This document shows positions 47,796 through 56,768 of a DNA stretch of 64,000 nucleotides, in pieces (positions within the stretch are counted from its first letter, which is position 1; every line of letters starts with the position of its first letter). A program made the translations under genes and the position numbers. A model generated the notes under the pieces. It ran no database searches. It was not told the DNA's origin and worked only from the letters and a program-made list of their open reading frames with translations. The stretch comes from an uncultured virus (IMG/VR IMGVR_UViG_3300002835_000031) (Duplodnaviria > Heunggongvirae > Uroviricota > Caudoviricetes), in IMG/VR virus record IMGVR_UViG_3300002835_000031; one strand, 5' to 3'.

Positions 47796-48089
47796 TTATC
47801 TTTGATAGCAAATTCGTTCTCTTTTTATTGTGCCATCAGGTTGTTGTGTTTCTTTCCAAGCAGAACATTCCATATTGTTTTCAACAGTAACACTCGGTTG
47901 TTGAATAATTACTGTGCTGGGATATTGCTGCGATCTACTAATTCCATATCCAATTGCTCCGGCTATAATTAAGGGAACAACTAAATCACTAGATGTACGA
48001 TACGGACCGTGTCTCGAGTGCCAGTGCATATATTGCGCTGATGCAGTTGCTGAAAATAATAAAGTAATAAGAATTAGAAGTTTTTTCAT
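47796..48089 (-). CDS. secreted hypothetical protein
   Basis: Signal peptide MKKLLILITLLFSATASA; two C-terminal Cys. Confidence 0.75.
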   Translation of the reverse strand: MKKLLILITLLFSATASAQYMHWHSRHGPYRTSSDLVVPLIIAGAIGYGISRSQQYPSTVIIQQPSVTVENNMECSAWKETQQPDGTIKRERICYQR

Positions 48090-48106
48090 TTTAGTTTCTT
48101 TTGATG

Positions 48107-48137
48107 AAAAAGAGCCGAATTATTAGCTCGACTCTTT
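48107..48137 (-). terminator. intrinsic terminator after phoH
   Basis: GAGTCGA-loop9-TCGGCTC followed by TTTTT on the minus strand. Confidence 0.7.
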
Positions 48138-48145
48138 TATTTATA
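48138..48145 (-). promoter_or_regulatory. T4-type late promoter TATAAATA for the secreted protein/endolysin unit
   Basis: Exact TATAAATA immediately after the phoH stop. Confidence 0.7.
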
Positions 48146-48898
48146 TTAATGAACGATGTGTCTACTTTCGTAGTCTAATCTAGCAAGAATATACTCCTTA
48201 ACAAGTTTTGATCTAACAATATCATCTACACCAAATTCGAAGACCTTAAAAGAGGGCATAAGGTCGGCAATTGCCATGAATTTTTTTAGTCCAGACATAT
48301 CGGTTTTTCTATACAAATCCGTTTGGCGAAAATCGCCGCAAAATATAATTTTTGACCGCTCTCCTACGCGAGTCATAATTGAATTAAGTTCCATATCTGT
48401 CATATTCTGACATTCATCTACAACGATAATAGAATCATCTAGAGTAATGCCTCTGACAAACGACGTAATTAAAAACTTTACTGCACCTTGTTCCGTCAAT
48501 CTTTGATACGCATCGCTACGACCAAAAAGATCTTCACAAATTCCGATATAAGGTTCAGTATATACTTCTGTTTTTTCTTTTTCATCTCCCGGTAGATGTC
48601 CGATTTCTCTGCTAGGAACAGCTGATCGAACGATTATTACTTGTCGATATGGATTTGATTTATCTAATACTTCCTCCAATGCGTGATAGAGTGCTATGAA
48701 TGTTTTTCCTGTCCCGGCTACTCCATGAAGCAACATGATTTTGGAATTATCATATGCATCAAATACTCGCCGCTGGTTGTCTGTCAATGGATCAATTGTT
48801 TTCATATCATCTATTCTCATCTTTAGTTTGTTGTTAACAACTAAATTGAGCGGTGGATGAGTTGGCTGCAATTGAAGATTATTTTTAGACTTGGCCAT
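48146..48898 (-). CDS. phoH: PhoH-family ATPase
   Basis: GVAGTGKT, IGHLPGD, SFVRGITL, VDECQN, CGDFRQTD and DIVRSKLVK motifs; start taken at MAKSK after AAGAGGG. Confidence 0.95.
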   Translation of the reverse strand: MAKSKNNLQLQPTHPPLNLVVNNKLKMRIDDMKTIDPLTDNQRRVFDAYDNSKIMLLHGVAGTGKTFIALYHALEEVLDKSNPYRQVIIVRSAVPSREIGHLPGDEKEKTEVYTEPYIGICEDLFGRSDAYQRLTEQGAVKFLITSFVRGITLDDSIIVVDECQNMTDMELNSIMTRVGERSKIIFCGDFRQTDLYRKTDMSGLKKFMAIADLMPSFKVFEFGVDDIVRSKLVKEYILARLDYESRHIVH

Positions 48899-48910
48899 GT
48901 ATACCCTCTT

Positions 48911-48948
48911 AAGAAAAAGAAAGGACACTAGCTACCGTGCTATTGTCC
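48911..48948 (-). terminator. terminator-like hairpin just upstream of phoH
   Basis: GGACAaTAGC-acggta-GCTAgTGTCC followed by TTTCTTTTTCTT. Confidence 0.6.
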
Positions 48949-48976
48949 CCTCAGGTAAAAATTGAATTGAAACATT

Positions 48977-49234
48977 TTATCGTCTACTTAATTTGTCTGC
49001 CAAGTTACTCTTATAATTTTGAGAGTGTATCTTAGACAAGACTTCTTTAAAACCACCATCAGGTTGAGTAATCCCGAGACGAACGGGATCACCTAGTGCA
49101 GGAGCACCGGTGATGATGTTTTCGTGATTTATTGATTTGCAATTTGTGCATTGCTGTTCTGGGCGTGCTGCGTAACGACATAACACGTCGAATATTGTAT
49201 CACAATCGTTGCATTTTAATGTATAACTAGGCAT
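48977..49234 (-). CDS. FmdB-like zinc-ribbon protein
   Basis: MPSYTLKCNDC...CTNCKS. Confidence 0.8.
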   Translation of the reverse strand: MPSYTLKCNDCDTIFDVLCRYAARPEQQCTNCKSINHENIITGAPALGDPVRLGITQPDGGFKEVLSKIHSQNYKSNLADKLSRR

Positions 49235-49769
49235 ATGTAAACCATTCAGGTATTTGTCGTTTTTTCCAGGCTGCTAGATGTTGCTTTGCACCTAGGTAAT
49301 AATTTATATATGATCTGACGGAATTACCGGACACCTTATACTCATCTGGCATTGCCGGAGTGGGTTCAGTAAATCCTACACCTTTTGGGATATTAGCAGG
49401 TGGCTTATACAATGCATCTACTAATCGAGCAGTTGCGTGTGTTCTACCATACCTATACGTGTATTCTTCTAATACTGCAATGAATAGCTTATATAACCAT
49501 TCATAATTTTCATATGATTGTCTTACCCAAATCGCTGAAGGATGATTAATATGAGTAGAACGGTACAAAGTATATTCACGCTCATCGGAAATAACATACC
49601 TGGTTTGTTTTCGATTAGTTTTACTGACACCCACAGATTGAAAACCATCAAGAACACGATGAGCAGTAGAAAGAAGTTGAGCATATTCGAGTATCATTTT
49701 AACGACGTGTTTATCGTTGTGCAATTCAGCGCACTTTTTAGGATCATGGTGTAAATAAAAAATATTCAT
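49227..49769 (-). CDS. conserved phage protein, pyrimidine-dimer glycosylase (DenV)-like
   Basis: MNIFYL...DKHVVKMILEYAQLLSTAH, THINHPSAIW, YTYRYGRTH and PAMPDEYK motifs. Confidence 0.7.
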   Translation of the reverse strand: MNIFYLHHDPKKCAELHNDKHVVKMILEYAQLLSTAHRVLDGFQSVGVSKTNRKQTRYVISDEREYTLYRSTHINHPSAIWVRQSYENYEWLYKLFIAVLEEYTYRYGRTHATARLVDALYKPPANIPKGVGFTEPTPAMPDEYKVSGNSVRSYINYYLGAKQHLAAWKKRQIPEWFTYA

Positions 49770-50014
49770 ATATATGTATCAATATTAGAACCTCTTTGAT
49801 GAATCTCGAATTGTTTCTTTTGCCTAATACTTTCATACTCTCGTATTTTTTCGATTTCTTTCATTAATTGAATTGCAAGAATGCGCCGGGCTTGTTCCGT
49901 AGCTTCTTTTAGTTTTTCGTTTTCGAATCTTTCAAGTTTACGAGTATATTCAATTATTCCATATTTTCTATTATATAGATTATTAGTTATTTCCGTACTT
50001 GTTATTTTACTCAT
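49766..50014 (-). CDS. hypothetical protein
   Basis: 82-aa ORF coupled by ATGA overlaps on both sides. Confidence 0.65.
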   Translation of the reverse strand: MSKITSTEITNNLYNRKYGIIEYTRKLERFENEKLKEATEQARRILAIQLMKEIEKIREYESIRQKKQFEIHQRGSNIDTYI

Positions 50015-51345
50015 TTTATTTTTTTGCTTGAATCTGCTATATCTTTATCTTCACGCATTTCAATAAATGTAGGCAAGAACAGACGTTCTACGCCGTCTCC
50101 GCGATCTTTAATGCGTGCGTTATATTTAACAGTTACGATTTTTCCAATTACAGCTTGTTTGGTAAATTCTTTACGTTGTTCATCGGAATATCCTGAACCC
50201 ACATTAACTTGAATTAATCCGTCAGATGATTCGCAAACTAGTGCTCCCAATCTGCCGACATTTTTGCCGGTACCTTCTTCCCAATTAACAACCACAAGAT
50301 CACATTCCAATTCACCTTTGAATTTAATTTGCTCCTTAGAGCGTTTATCTTCCCAGATGTTTGTTTTAGATTTGAGTATAGTACCTTCTTGACCTTCTGC
50401 TAAGAATTTCTCAAAAATCGTTTGTGCTTCAAATTGATTATTTACTTCTTTAGTCCAAACACAATCAATCAATGCACCCAATGCTTTATTTGATGTTTTT
50501 AGATTAACCGTGCGTTTAACTAAAAATTGTAAACGATCTTCATACGGTGTAACAAATTTACCAATTTTAAAATCATCATATGGAATAGCATCCCATAATG
50601 TTACACGAACAGAACTTGCTTCTGTTTCTGACATTGTACCTTTAACACCTTTGCTTAAGATACCATTGCCTGTTTTACGATCAAGAGGTTTGCCTGCAGA
50701 ATCTACAACTAATAGCTCACCATCAAAAACATAATTGGCACCGTAATAAGAAGCCAATTTGAGTAAAGCATCGCTAAATAGCTTACTTGGAATATTAAGT
50801 TCTTTACCATTGCGGCTCCTGTATTCTACTGTGCCATTTCGGACGATTGCGTTAAAACGCATGCCATCTAATTTTAACTGACAATATGCCGGGAATTTAA
50901 TTTTGTCGACAAGCTTTTGGTCGAATCCAGAAGCCAACATAACCGGATACGTTGAGATAAGCTTGGGCCAGATTTTGTTTGCGGTTGCTTCACTGACTCC
51001 ACAACGAAGGTCTTGCTTGATGATACGCTCAATAACGCTGGCATCTTTTTCATTCACTGACTCCAATACAAAGGTTAGATGTTCAATTGCTGCATTGCCC
51101 GTCACATTGCGGGTTGCAAATTCATTAAGGAGTTCTTGCATAGCCCAAGTTAAAGATTGTTTACCTTTAGCTTGTTTGGTGTATGCTGGAATTTTGCGAA
51201 TATAATAACTGATAAGAGGATCTAGCGCAATTCGAAACGCTTCTTTTAGGTCAGCATTATTCTTATTGGTTGTAAGAATTGCTTCTTTAGCCAAGCGAGA
51301 ATTGTCAGATGCGAGTTGATCTAAAATATCATATACCGTTGTCAT
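50011..51345 (-). CDS. gp30: ATP-dependent DNA ligase
   Basis: Motif I QLKLDGMR, FDGEL, EGTILK, VNVGSG and LFLPTF..MREDK. Confidence 0.95.
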   Translation of the reverse strand: MTTVYDILDQLASDNSRLAKEAILTTNKNNADLKEAFRIALDPLISYYIRKIPAYTKQAKGKQSLTWAMQELLNEFATRNVTGNAAIEHLTFVLESVNEKDASVIERIIKQDLRCGVSEATANKIWPKLISTYPVMLASGFDQKLVDKIKFPAYCQLKLDGMRFNAIVRNGTVEYRSRNGKELNIPSKLFSDALLKLASYYGANYVFDGELLVVDSAGKPLDRKTGNGILSKGVKGTMSETEASSVRVTLWDAIPYDDFKIGKFVTPYEDRLQFLVKRTVNLKTSNKALGALIDCVWTKEVNNQFEAQTIFEKFLAEGQEGTILKSKTNIWEDKRSKEQIKFKGELECDLVVVNWEEGTGKNVGRLGALVCESSDGLIQVNVGSGYSDEQRKEFTKQAVIGKIVTVKYNARIKDRGDGVERLFLPTFIEMREDKDIADSSKKIK

Positions 51346-51368
51346 AATAACCTTTCTTCATATGCTTT

Positions 51369-51397
51369 ATTATAACATCTTTTTTGGTAAGTGTCAA
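51369..51397 (-). promoter_or_regulatory. early sigma70 promoter
   Basis: TTGACA-N17-TATAAT with extended -10 TG; upstream of ligase. Confidence 0.9.
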
Positions 51398-51416
51398 GCA
51401 TAAAAGTGCTCATTTT

Positions 51417-51605
51417 TTAAGCAAATGGTCGCATTTCGGTGTTGATTTTATAAGTAATACTTGTATACTTATGAGGAGCATCTTCAACCGCTTGTTTGGC
51501 TTTTTCTAATTTTTGGATATCGTCATAAACACCGATAATATCTTGTTTTCGAGTACGACCAATAGTGTCACGCCATTCAGCTTCTAAAATATACAAGGTT
51601 TTCAT
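51417..51605 (-). CDS. hypothetical protein
   Basis: MKTLYILEAEWRD..., starting just after the dsbA stop. Confidence 0.6.
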   Translation of the reverse strand: MKTLYILEAEWRDTIGRTRKQDIIGVYDDIQKLEKAKQAVEDAPHKYTSITYKINTEMRPFA

Positions 51606-51606
51606 A

Positions 51607-51879
51607 TTATGCAGACATTCTTGTAGAATTTGTAATGGTCTCATACATTGTTTCAAATTCTTCATGTTCTTCAATTTCTTTGGTAAAATTTTGTTTGTGA
51701 TATACCTTAGCCATACGACGAAATGTCTTTTTGCTAAGTTCTAGATTATCACATAACTCTTTAATTGCTTCTCGTTGAAACTCACGTTCACCTTCAGTAC
51801 GTGTCATACTTGCTGAAAGTTCTTTCATACAATCAAGAATTGCTTTACGATCCGTGGGACTGGATGGGATACCTGCCAT
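51607..51879 (-). CDS. dsbA: double-stranded DNA-binding protein
   Basis: KELSASMTR.E.E...AIKEL...KKTFRRMAKVYHKQNF, T4 DsbA-like. Confidence 0.8.
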   Translation of the reverse strand: MAGIPSSPTDRKAILDCMKELSASMTRTEGEREFQREAIKELCDNLELSKKTFRRMAKVYHKQNFTKEIEEHEEFETMYETITNSTRMSA

Positions 51880-51882
51880 AAT

Positions 51883-52647
51883 TTATTTCCTTTCAATATC
51901 ATCTTCAATACAATTGTCGCCATACTGGATTTCGACAATCTTCAATGGTGACTCAGTTTCATTACAAAGCTGATGCCACTCTGTTTTACCAATATGGAGA
52001 TTTTCAAATTTATTGAATTTCCCAATTAGTTCAACATCTGTGCTACAATTTAACGTATAAACCGTAGCTGTTCCTTCTGATACAAACCAATGCTCGCTTC
52101 GATCTTTATGTCGTTGCATACTTAAACATTTGCCAGGGGCAACAGTTAATTCTTTTACTTTGACATCTTTACTTTGTTCATGAAGAACTCGATAATAGCC
52201 CCACACCCTTTCAGTTTTAGGTGTTTTCCATTCTTGTAATATCCATGAACTAGAATTAATTTTGTTTTCGCCACCAACGCCAAACGCAAAAACTAAATTA
52301 TCATCTTTAATATCCATCTCGGGAATATTTTCCTGAGTACGATCTCCGCCATTTGCAAAAACAATTTGATCATTGGGATATAATGCTCGCAAATCTCGAA
52401 TAGCTTCTTTAGCTGATCCATCTCGATCATTAAAAAATATTGTACGATCTACCATGCTCAAATTTTTAACAATGCCATTACGCTCTTGTTCAGGCATAAA
52501 CGGTGCACCTTTTTTACGACTAAGCCATGCATCTGAATTTATTCCAACAACTAATAAATCACCTAATTTTTTAGCTGATTTAAAATATTCAATATGCCCA
52601 GAATGTAAGGGATCAAACCCTCCGGTTACTAAAACTATTTTTCTCAT
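51883..52647 (-). CDS. cytidylyltransferase-like domain fused to a cupin (mannose-6-phosphate isomerase type II-like)
   Basis: TGGFDPLHSGH, FANGGDR and SSSWIL; then WGYYRVL, LSMQRH..RSEHW and EIQYG..CIEDDIER. Confidence 0.88.
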   Translation of the reverse strand: MRKIVLVTGGFDPLHSGHIEYFKSAKKLGDLLVVGINSDAWLSRKKGAPFMPEQERNGIVKNLSMVDRTIFFNDRDGSAKEAIRDLRALYPNDQIVFANGGDRTQENIPEMDIKDDNLVFAFGVGGENKINSSSWILQEWKTPKTERVWGYYRVLHEQSKDVKVKELTVAPGKCLSMQRHKDRSEHWFVSEGTATVYTLNCSTDVELIGKFNKFENLHIGKTEWHQLCNETESPLKIVEIQYGDNCIEDDIERK

Positions 52648-53042
52648 TATCGCCTCATTGTAGAAATTTCTTTTGCCTCGTCATCACTAAAGATGGGGAC
52701 AGCATTAGACTTGTGCATTGTACCAATACCTAGAACCTTTGTTCCAGTATACACGGGTGCCGGCTTGCTAGAAACTGCACCTGTTATTTTATCGTTTAAA
52801 CTTTTAATATTTTTATTCGTAATGCCTCGGGGATTAGAAGATACCGGAGGAATATACGCATCTGCTTCCATAGCTCGTTTACGTTTTTTATCCTCATCTG
52901 CAATACCCCATTTTTTCTGCATAAGTTTCCATTCTTCTGCTAAAGCTCTAGCATTACGTGCCTGTTCAGCACTTTGAAATTTAACTTTTGATTTCTTTTT
53001 TCCGGTTGTAGATAACCAGGGTCCAACGATGTGCATTGTCAT
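52647..53042 (-). CDS. phage hypothetical protein
   Basis: C-terminal YTGTKVLGIGTMHKSNAVPIF..MRR; GGGAG RBS and its own promoter. Confidence 0.8.
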   Translation of the reverse strand: MTMHIVGPWLSTTGKKKSKVKFQSAEQARNARALAEEWKLMQKKWGIADEDKKRKRAMEADAYIPPVSSNPRGITNKNIKSLNDKITGAVSSKPAPVYTGTKVLGIGTMHKSNAVPIFSDDEAKEISTMRR

Positions 53043-53061
53043 ATTAAATCTCCCATACTAT

Positions 53062-53090
53062 ATTATAACATCTTTTTCAATACTTGTCAA
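53062..53090 (-). promoter_or_regulatory. early sigma70 promoter
   Basis: TTGACA-N17-TATAAT with extended -10 TG. Confidence 0.9.
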
Positions 53091-53210
53091 ATGCTCGATA
53101 TTTGTGGTGGTTTACCGTTCTACTGTCATACATTGGGTCATCTGGTATATCATCCGAAACTAACCAATTACTTACGACTGGTTCGGGTTCGTCTCGTTTG
53201 AAGAACCTAG

Positions 53211-53723
53211 TCAATCTTTCAAAGAGACTGCGGCTTTTTTTGCTTTTGGTTCTTTCTTAAGAACTGGAATAATATCTACAATAGTTTTTGGTTTAGCAGG
53301 GGGAAGAATATTGGGAAATGCTTCTCTAACTAAATCTTCTGTAAGCGTTTTATATCTAGTTTCAAGATTTTTGTCTTTAGCTAAACATATTACTTCAGAC
53401 TCTGTCCAATGGATACCTTCAAGCATTTGAACAAACAATTGTTCTTTTTTAATTTTAGATAGGTTAATATTTGGTTCTAGCCAAATATACATACGTCTAA
53501 ATTCTGCATACAAGTTTGTTTCGGAATATCCAATTGGAATTTTCTCATCTTTCTTGAATGGCGGTTCACCCTCTGGTAAATCTAATTTAACATCTGGGTT
53601 AAAATTGATTTGTAGAACGCCCTCAAGCTGTGGGCTATGGTATGATCTTAATACAGCAATCTTTTTATCTTTGCCGTTTGTTTTTTCGACTTCTTCGAAA
53701 ATTTGTGGTATAGTTGTTCGCAT
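53211..53723 (-). CDS. hypothetical protein of T4-like phages
   Basis: LPEGEPPF and KKEQLFVQMLEGIH motifs; downstream of rnh. Confidence 0.8.
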   Translation of the reverse strand: MRTTIPQIFEEVEKTNGKDKKIAVLRSYHSPQLEGVLQINFNPDVKLDLPEGEPPFKKDEKIPIGYSETNLYAEFRRMYIWLEPNINLSKIKKEQLFVQMLEGIHWTESEVICLAKDKNLETRYKTLTEDLVREAFPNILPPAKPKTIVDIIPVLKKEPKAKKAAVSLKD

Positions 53724-54610
53724 CAGAACTCCTCAATTAATTCCAACATATTCTTCATTTTATGCTCAATGAAAAAGTTCAAAAGCATACTCTTGTTTTT
53801 ATCAGGCTGACCTGTGTAGTTATTTATAATAGAATTTTTAATCTCTTCTGGGATGCAGGCAAAGTCAACCAATTTGCGATTACGTTCAAATCGAGTCTTA
53901 AATTCATCATCTTGTGGCATAAGCGTTGCATCTTTGTACCAAGCTTCTAATTTTTTAGTTGTGATTGGTTTTTGTCTTTCACCTGCAACAATACTATCAT
54001 CTGCAGATAATACGTTAGGTACTCCGTCGCCCTTGTCGCCTTTAATTGTATGTTCGAAGATATATTGTTTAGGTGACATATCAGGTTTAACATATTTCTT
54101 TTGTACTGGAGAAAATTGTTTTACATTCTTAAACTTTTGAAGTTGAATAAAATCATGATCGCCCGATACAATTAAAAAGGGTTTTGGATCATCTTCAAAA
54201 ACTCCACCACCTGCAAAATCATTTGTTTGAGACCACTCTGCTAATACTGCAATAACGTCATCTGCCTCTGCGCCATCGACGTTAACAACTTTGTAAGGAA
54301 AAAACTTATCGATCTCATTTCTGATTAGATCCAGAGCTTCAAAGATTGTTTTCCAATCTAAACCAGAATCCTCACGAGCTTTTTTGCGACCTGCCTTATA
54401 ATATTGGAATTCTTGTCTCCTCCAATAATTTCTATTGTCTACTGCAATAACTAATTGACCAAATTCTTTTCCGAATTTTTGTTTGTAGCCTCGAATAGAA
54501 TTTAAAATCATGTGACGCAATAGGGGCACCTGTATTTCAATATCTTTTCTGCCGCCAATTTCTGCCATCAAATTTGAAATAGCCGTTTGGCTGTAATCAA
54601 CAACAATCAT
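53723..54610 (-). CDS. rnh: RNase H / 5'-3' exonuclease
   Basis: IVVDYSQ, YKAGRKK, EADDVIAVL, SGDHDFIQLQ and GDKGDGVPNVLS motifs. Confidence 0.95.
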   Translation of the reverse strand: MIVVDYSQTAISNLMAEIGGRKDIEIQVPLLRHMILNSIRGYKQKFGKEFGQLVIAVDNRNYWRRQEFQYYKAGRKKAREDSGLDWKTIFEALDLIRNEIDKFFPYKVVNVDGAEADDVIAVLAEWSQTNDFAGGGVFEDDPKPFLIVSGDHDFIQLQKFKNVKQFSPVQKKYVKPDMSPKQYIFEHTIKGDKGDGVPNVLSADDSIVAGERQKPITTKKLEAWYKDATLMPQDDEFKTRFERNRKLVDFACIPEEIKNSIINNYTGQPDKNKSMLLNFFIEHKMKNMLELIEEF

Positions 54611-54625
54611 AATATATCTTTCTGT

Positions 54626-55534
54626 TTAGGTTGCAAGTGTGGTATTTGTAAAAGGTTGACCGGTTGCGCCATCCAAAGCCGCGTCAAGTTGTTGTTTCTG
54701 TATATATTGAGCATACGGGGTTATAGCTTCTTTTACCGAAGGGATTAGTGTTGCATTTAGCAAAGTATTGCTACAACCTGTTAATAAGTTAAAAACAACA
54801 TAATTTACGTAAGATTCAACCGCTCTTTTAATTGCAAGTTTATTAATCTTGGTAGTTACAGTAGTATTAAAAGTATTAACTGTTGATTGTAAATTTCCAA
54901 GCGCACTAATTAATGCTGCACCGCCAGTATTAGCAAGTACTGCCTGGGTCAGCGCACTCTTTGCACCTTCAATAATAGCACCAGATTTAAATCCATCTAC
55001 AAGAACTTGAAGGTCAATATCTGGTACATCACCTGCCGGACTACATCCATCTCCCAATAAATCTGCAAGTGTGCATCCACCAAATGGTTTACCATCTTCG
55101 GGATCAGCTTGGCCTGACAATCTATCACTATGAGTTTTAAAATTTGTCATTTCAGTTTTTAAACTATTTAAATATGCAAATTCAGTTGCATTGCCAGATG
55201 TTGCCACAGGACCAGCACCAAGATCTTCCGTAATTTGAGCAAGGCGCAAATTAATTTGCGTAATAGTCTGAGTCGTAACAGTTCCTACTGGATTATAGAA
55301 AAACTGATTAGCCATTTGTTGCATAGCATTTACGTCGCCGGATATTCCATTTAATGTAGTAGTTACCTGATCAATAAATGCTTTAATTTGTGCAATCTCT
55401 GAAGGAATAATTCCTCGTGTAGATATCTGCTTCATGCCCTGAGATAACTGAGTGTATACCTGTTGTAATGGACTACCGCCAATCTGTGCAAGAACAATCT
55501 TAATTAATTGGCAATATGATATTTTTAACGCCAT
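54626..55534 (-). CDS. hypothetical protein
   Basis: 302-aa helical A/T/Q-rich ORF. Confidence 0.75.
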   Translation of the reverse strand: MALKISYCQLIKIVLAQIGGSPLQQVYTQLSQGMKQISTRGIIPSEIAQIKAFIDQVTTTLNGISGDVNAMQQMANQFFYNPVGTVTTQTITQINLRLAQITEDLGAGPVATSGNATEFAYLNSLKTEMTNFKTHSDRLSGQADPEDGKPFGGCTLADLLGDGCSPAGDVPDIDLQVLVDGFKSGAIIEGAKSALTQAVLANTGGAALISALGNLQSTVNTFNTTVTTKINKLAIKRAVESYVNYVVFNLLTGCSNTLLNATLIPSVKEAITPYAQYIQKQQLDAALDGATGQPFTNTTLAT

Positions 55535-55542
55535 TTGAAACC

Positions 55543-56631
55543 TTATTTAATAACTCGAAGGATTAATGTATCAGCATTCATTCTGCCATTTGCAGGCGAT
55601 GCTTTAGAATTTACACTATCCATATACTTTCTTAATTGTACCTTTGTAGCACCCATCAAATCTTTAAGTTGATCTGCAGGTTTACGCAAAGTCTTTTGAC
55701 ATCCCATTTCTGGATCGTAGTTCTGAAAGCTGGAACCTTTAACAACAATACCCATAGCTGAATCTGTTTTATATAGAGCCAACTTACGAGTTTTACTATT
55801 AAATACCCACACTTGTTGTGCACCAATAATTTCTGCAGGGTCAACTGAATTAAGACCTAGCTCAGTATCTTCTTTTTTATATTTAAGATTCTTAACTTGA
55901 ACACTCGCAGGCTTAGCCTTAATCATTCGAGGTTTACGATTTGCTTTCTTGAACTCTGAATATTTATCACAATCTTCAATAAATTGTGCGAGCATTTTTA
56001 CAATGCTTTTTAATTCTTTCTTTGTAATATTAGAATAACCTTCTACAAGTTGAGAATCCTTGCCCTCATATACTTGAATGTATTCGCGAAGTTTATTCTT
56101 AGACCATTCCTTAATATCATTTACATAAGGCTTTGGAATTTGATTCGCCTGCATATTCTTATATAATGAAAAATCTTCTTTTGCATTAACTACAGAATCG
56201 AATGATCCTTCTAACTCGCCCAAATACTCTGAAATTTTTTCTTTCATTGCATCTTGGATTGAAGGCTTAGGTGCAGATACAACAACCTTTTGTTCTACTG
56301 GTTCTGGAATATAAACCGTAGAAGCTAATGTATCTTTTAGATATCCTGTAAGTTTTGTAACATGCTTATCTGATATTTTACCATTGCGCATAATGATACG
56401 AGAAATCCAACCATATGTGTTTACAATGTTTACATCTTTAACCTGGTCAAATGTGTTCAACTCACTTGGCATTTTAGCTTTGACATATTCTCGCATATAC
56501 TTGCGAGCGTCAGCTTTTACTTTCTCAGCAGAATACCAGTTCATGATTCTCATCAATTGAACATTATAAGTATTTTCTTCTGGAGATAGTACAGCAATGC
56601 TAGGTTCAGCGTCAAGTGATACTCGTGCCAT
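55543..56631 (-). CDS. hypothetical protein of T4-like phages
   Basis: 362 aa; QLVEGYS, IIGAQQVWVFNSKTRKL, KTLRKP and NGRMNADTLILR motifs. Confidence 0.8.
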   Translation of the reverse strand: MARVSLDAEPSIAVLSPEENTYNVQLMRIMNWYSAEKVKADARKYMREYVKAKMPSELNTFDQVKDVNIVNTYGWISRIIMRNGKISDKHVTKLTGYLKDTLASTVYIPEPVEQKVVVSAPKPSIQDAMKEKISEYLGELEGSFDSVVNAKEDFSLYKNMQANQIPKPYVNDIKEWSKNKLREYIQVYEGKDSQLVEGYSNITKKELKSIVKMLAQFIEDCDKYSEFKKANRKPRMIKAKPASVQVKNLKYKKEDTELGLNSVDPAEIIGAQQVWVFNSKTRKLALYKTDSAMGIVVKGSSFQNYDPEMGCQKTLRKPADQLKDLMGATKVQLRKYMDSVNSKASPANGRMNADTLILRVIK

Positions 56632-56768
56632 TATTTTTCCTTAATTACTAATTTTTTAAATTCTCTAAGATCGCGTTTATTTAGTAACGGATCGGGAATA
56701 AACTTGCGTTTATTTTCAATCAATTTTGTTGGCTTAAATGTCGAAGCGGATTTCTTTGATTGTTTCAT
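56631..56768 (-). CDS. small basic hypothetical protein (not in ORF track)
   Basis: MKQSKKSASTFKPTKLIENKRKFIPDPLLNKRDLREFKKLVIKEK*; its TAA overlaps the next ATG (TAATG). Confidence 0.45.
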   Translation of the reverse strand: MKQSKKSASTFKPTKLIENKRKFIPDPLLNKRDLREFKKLVIKEK

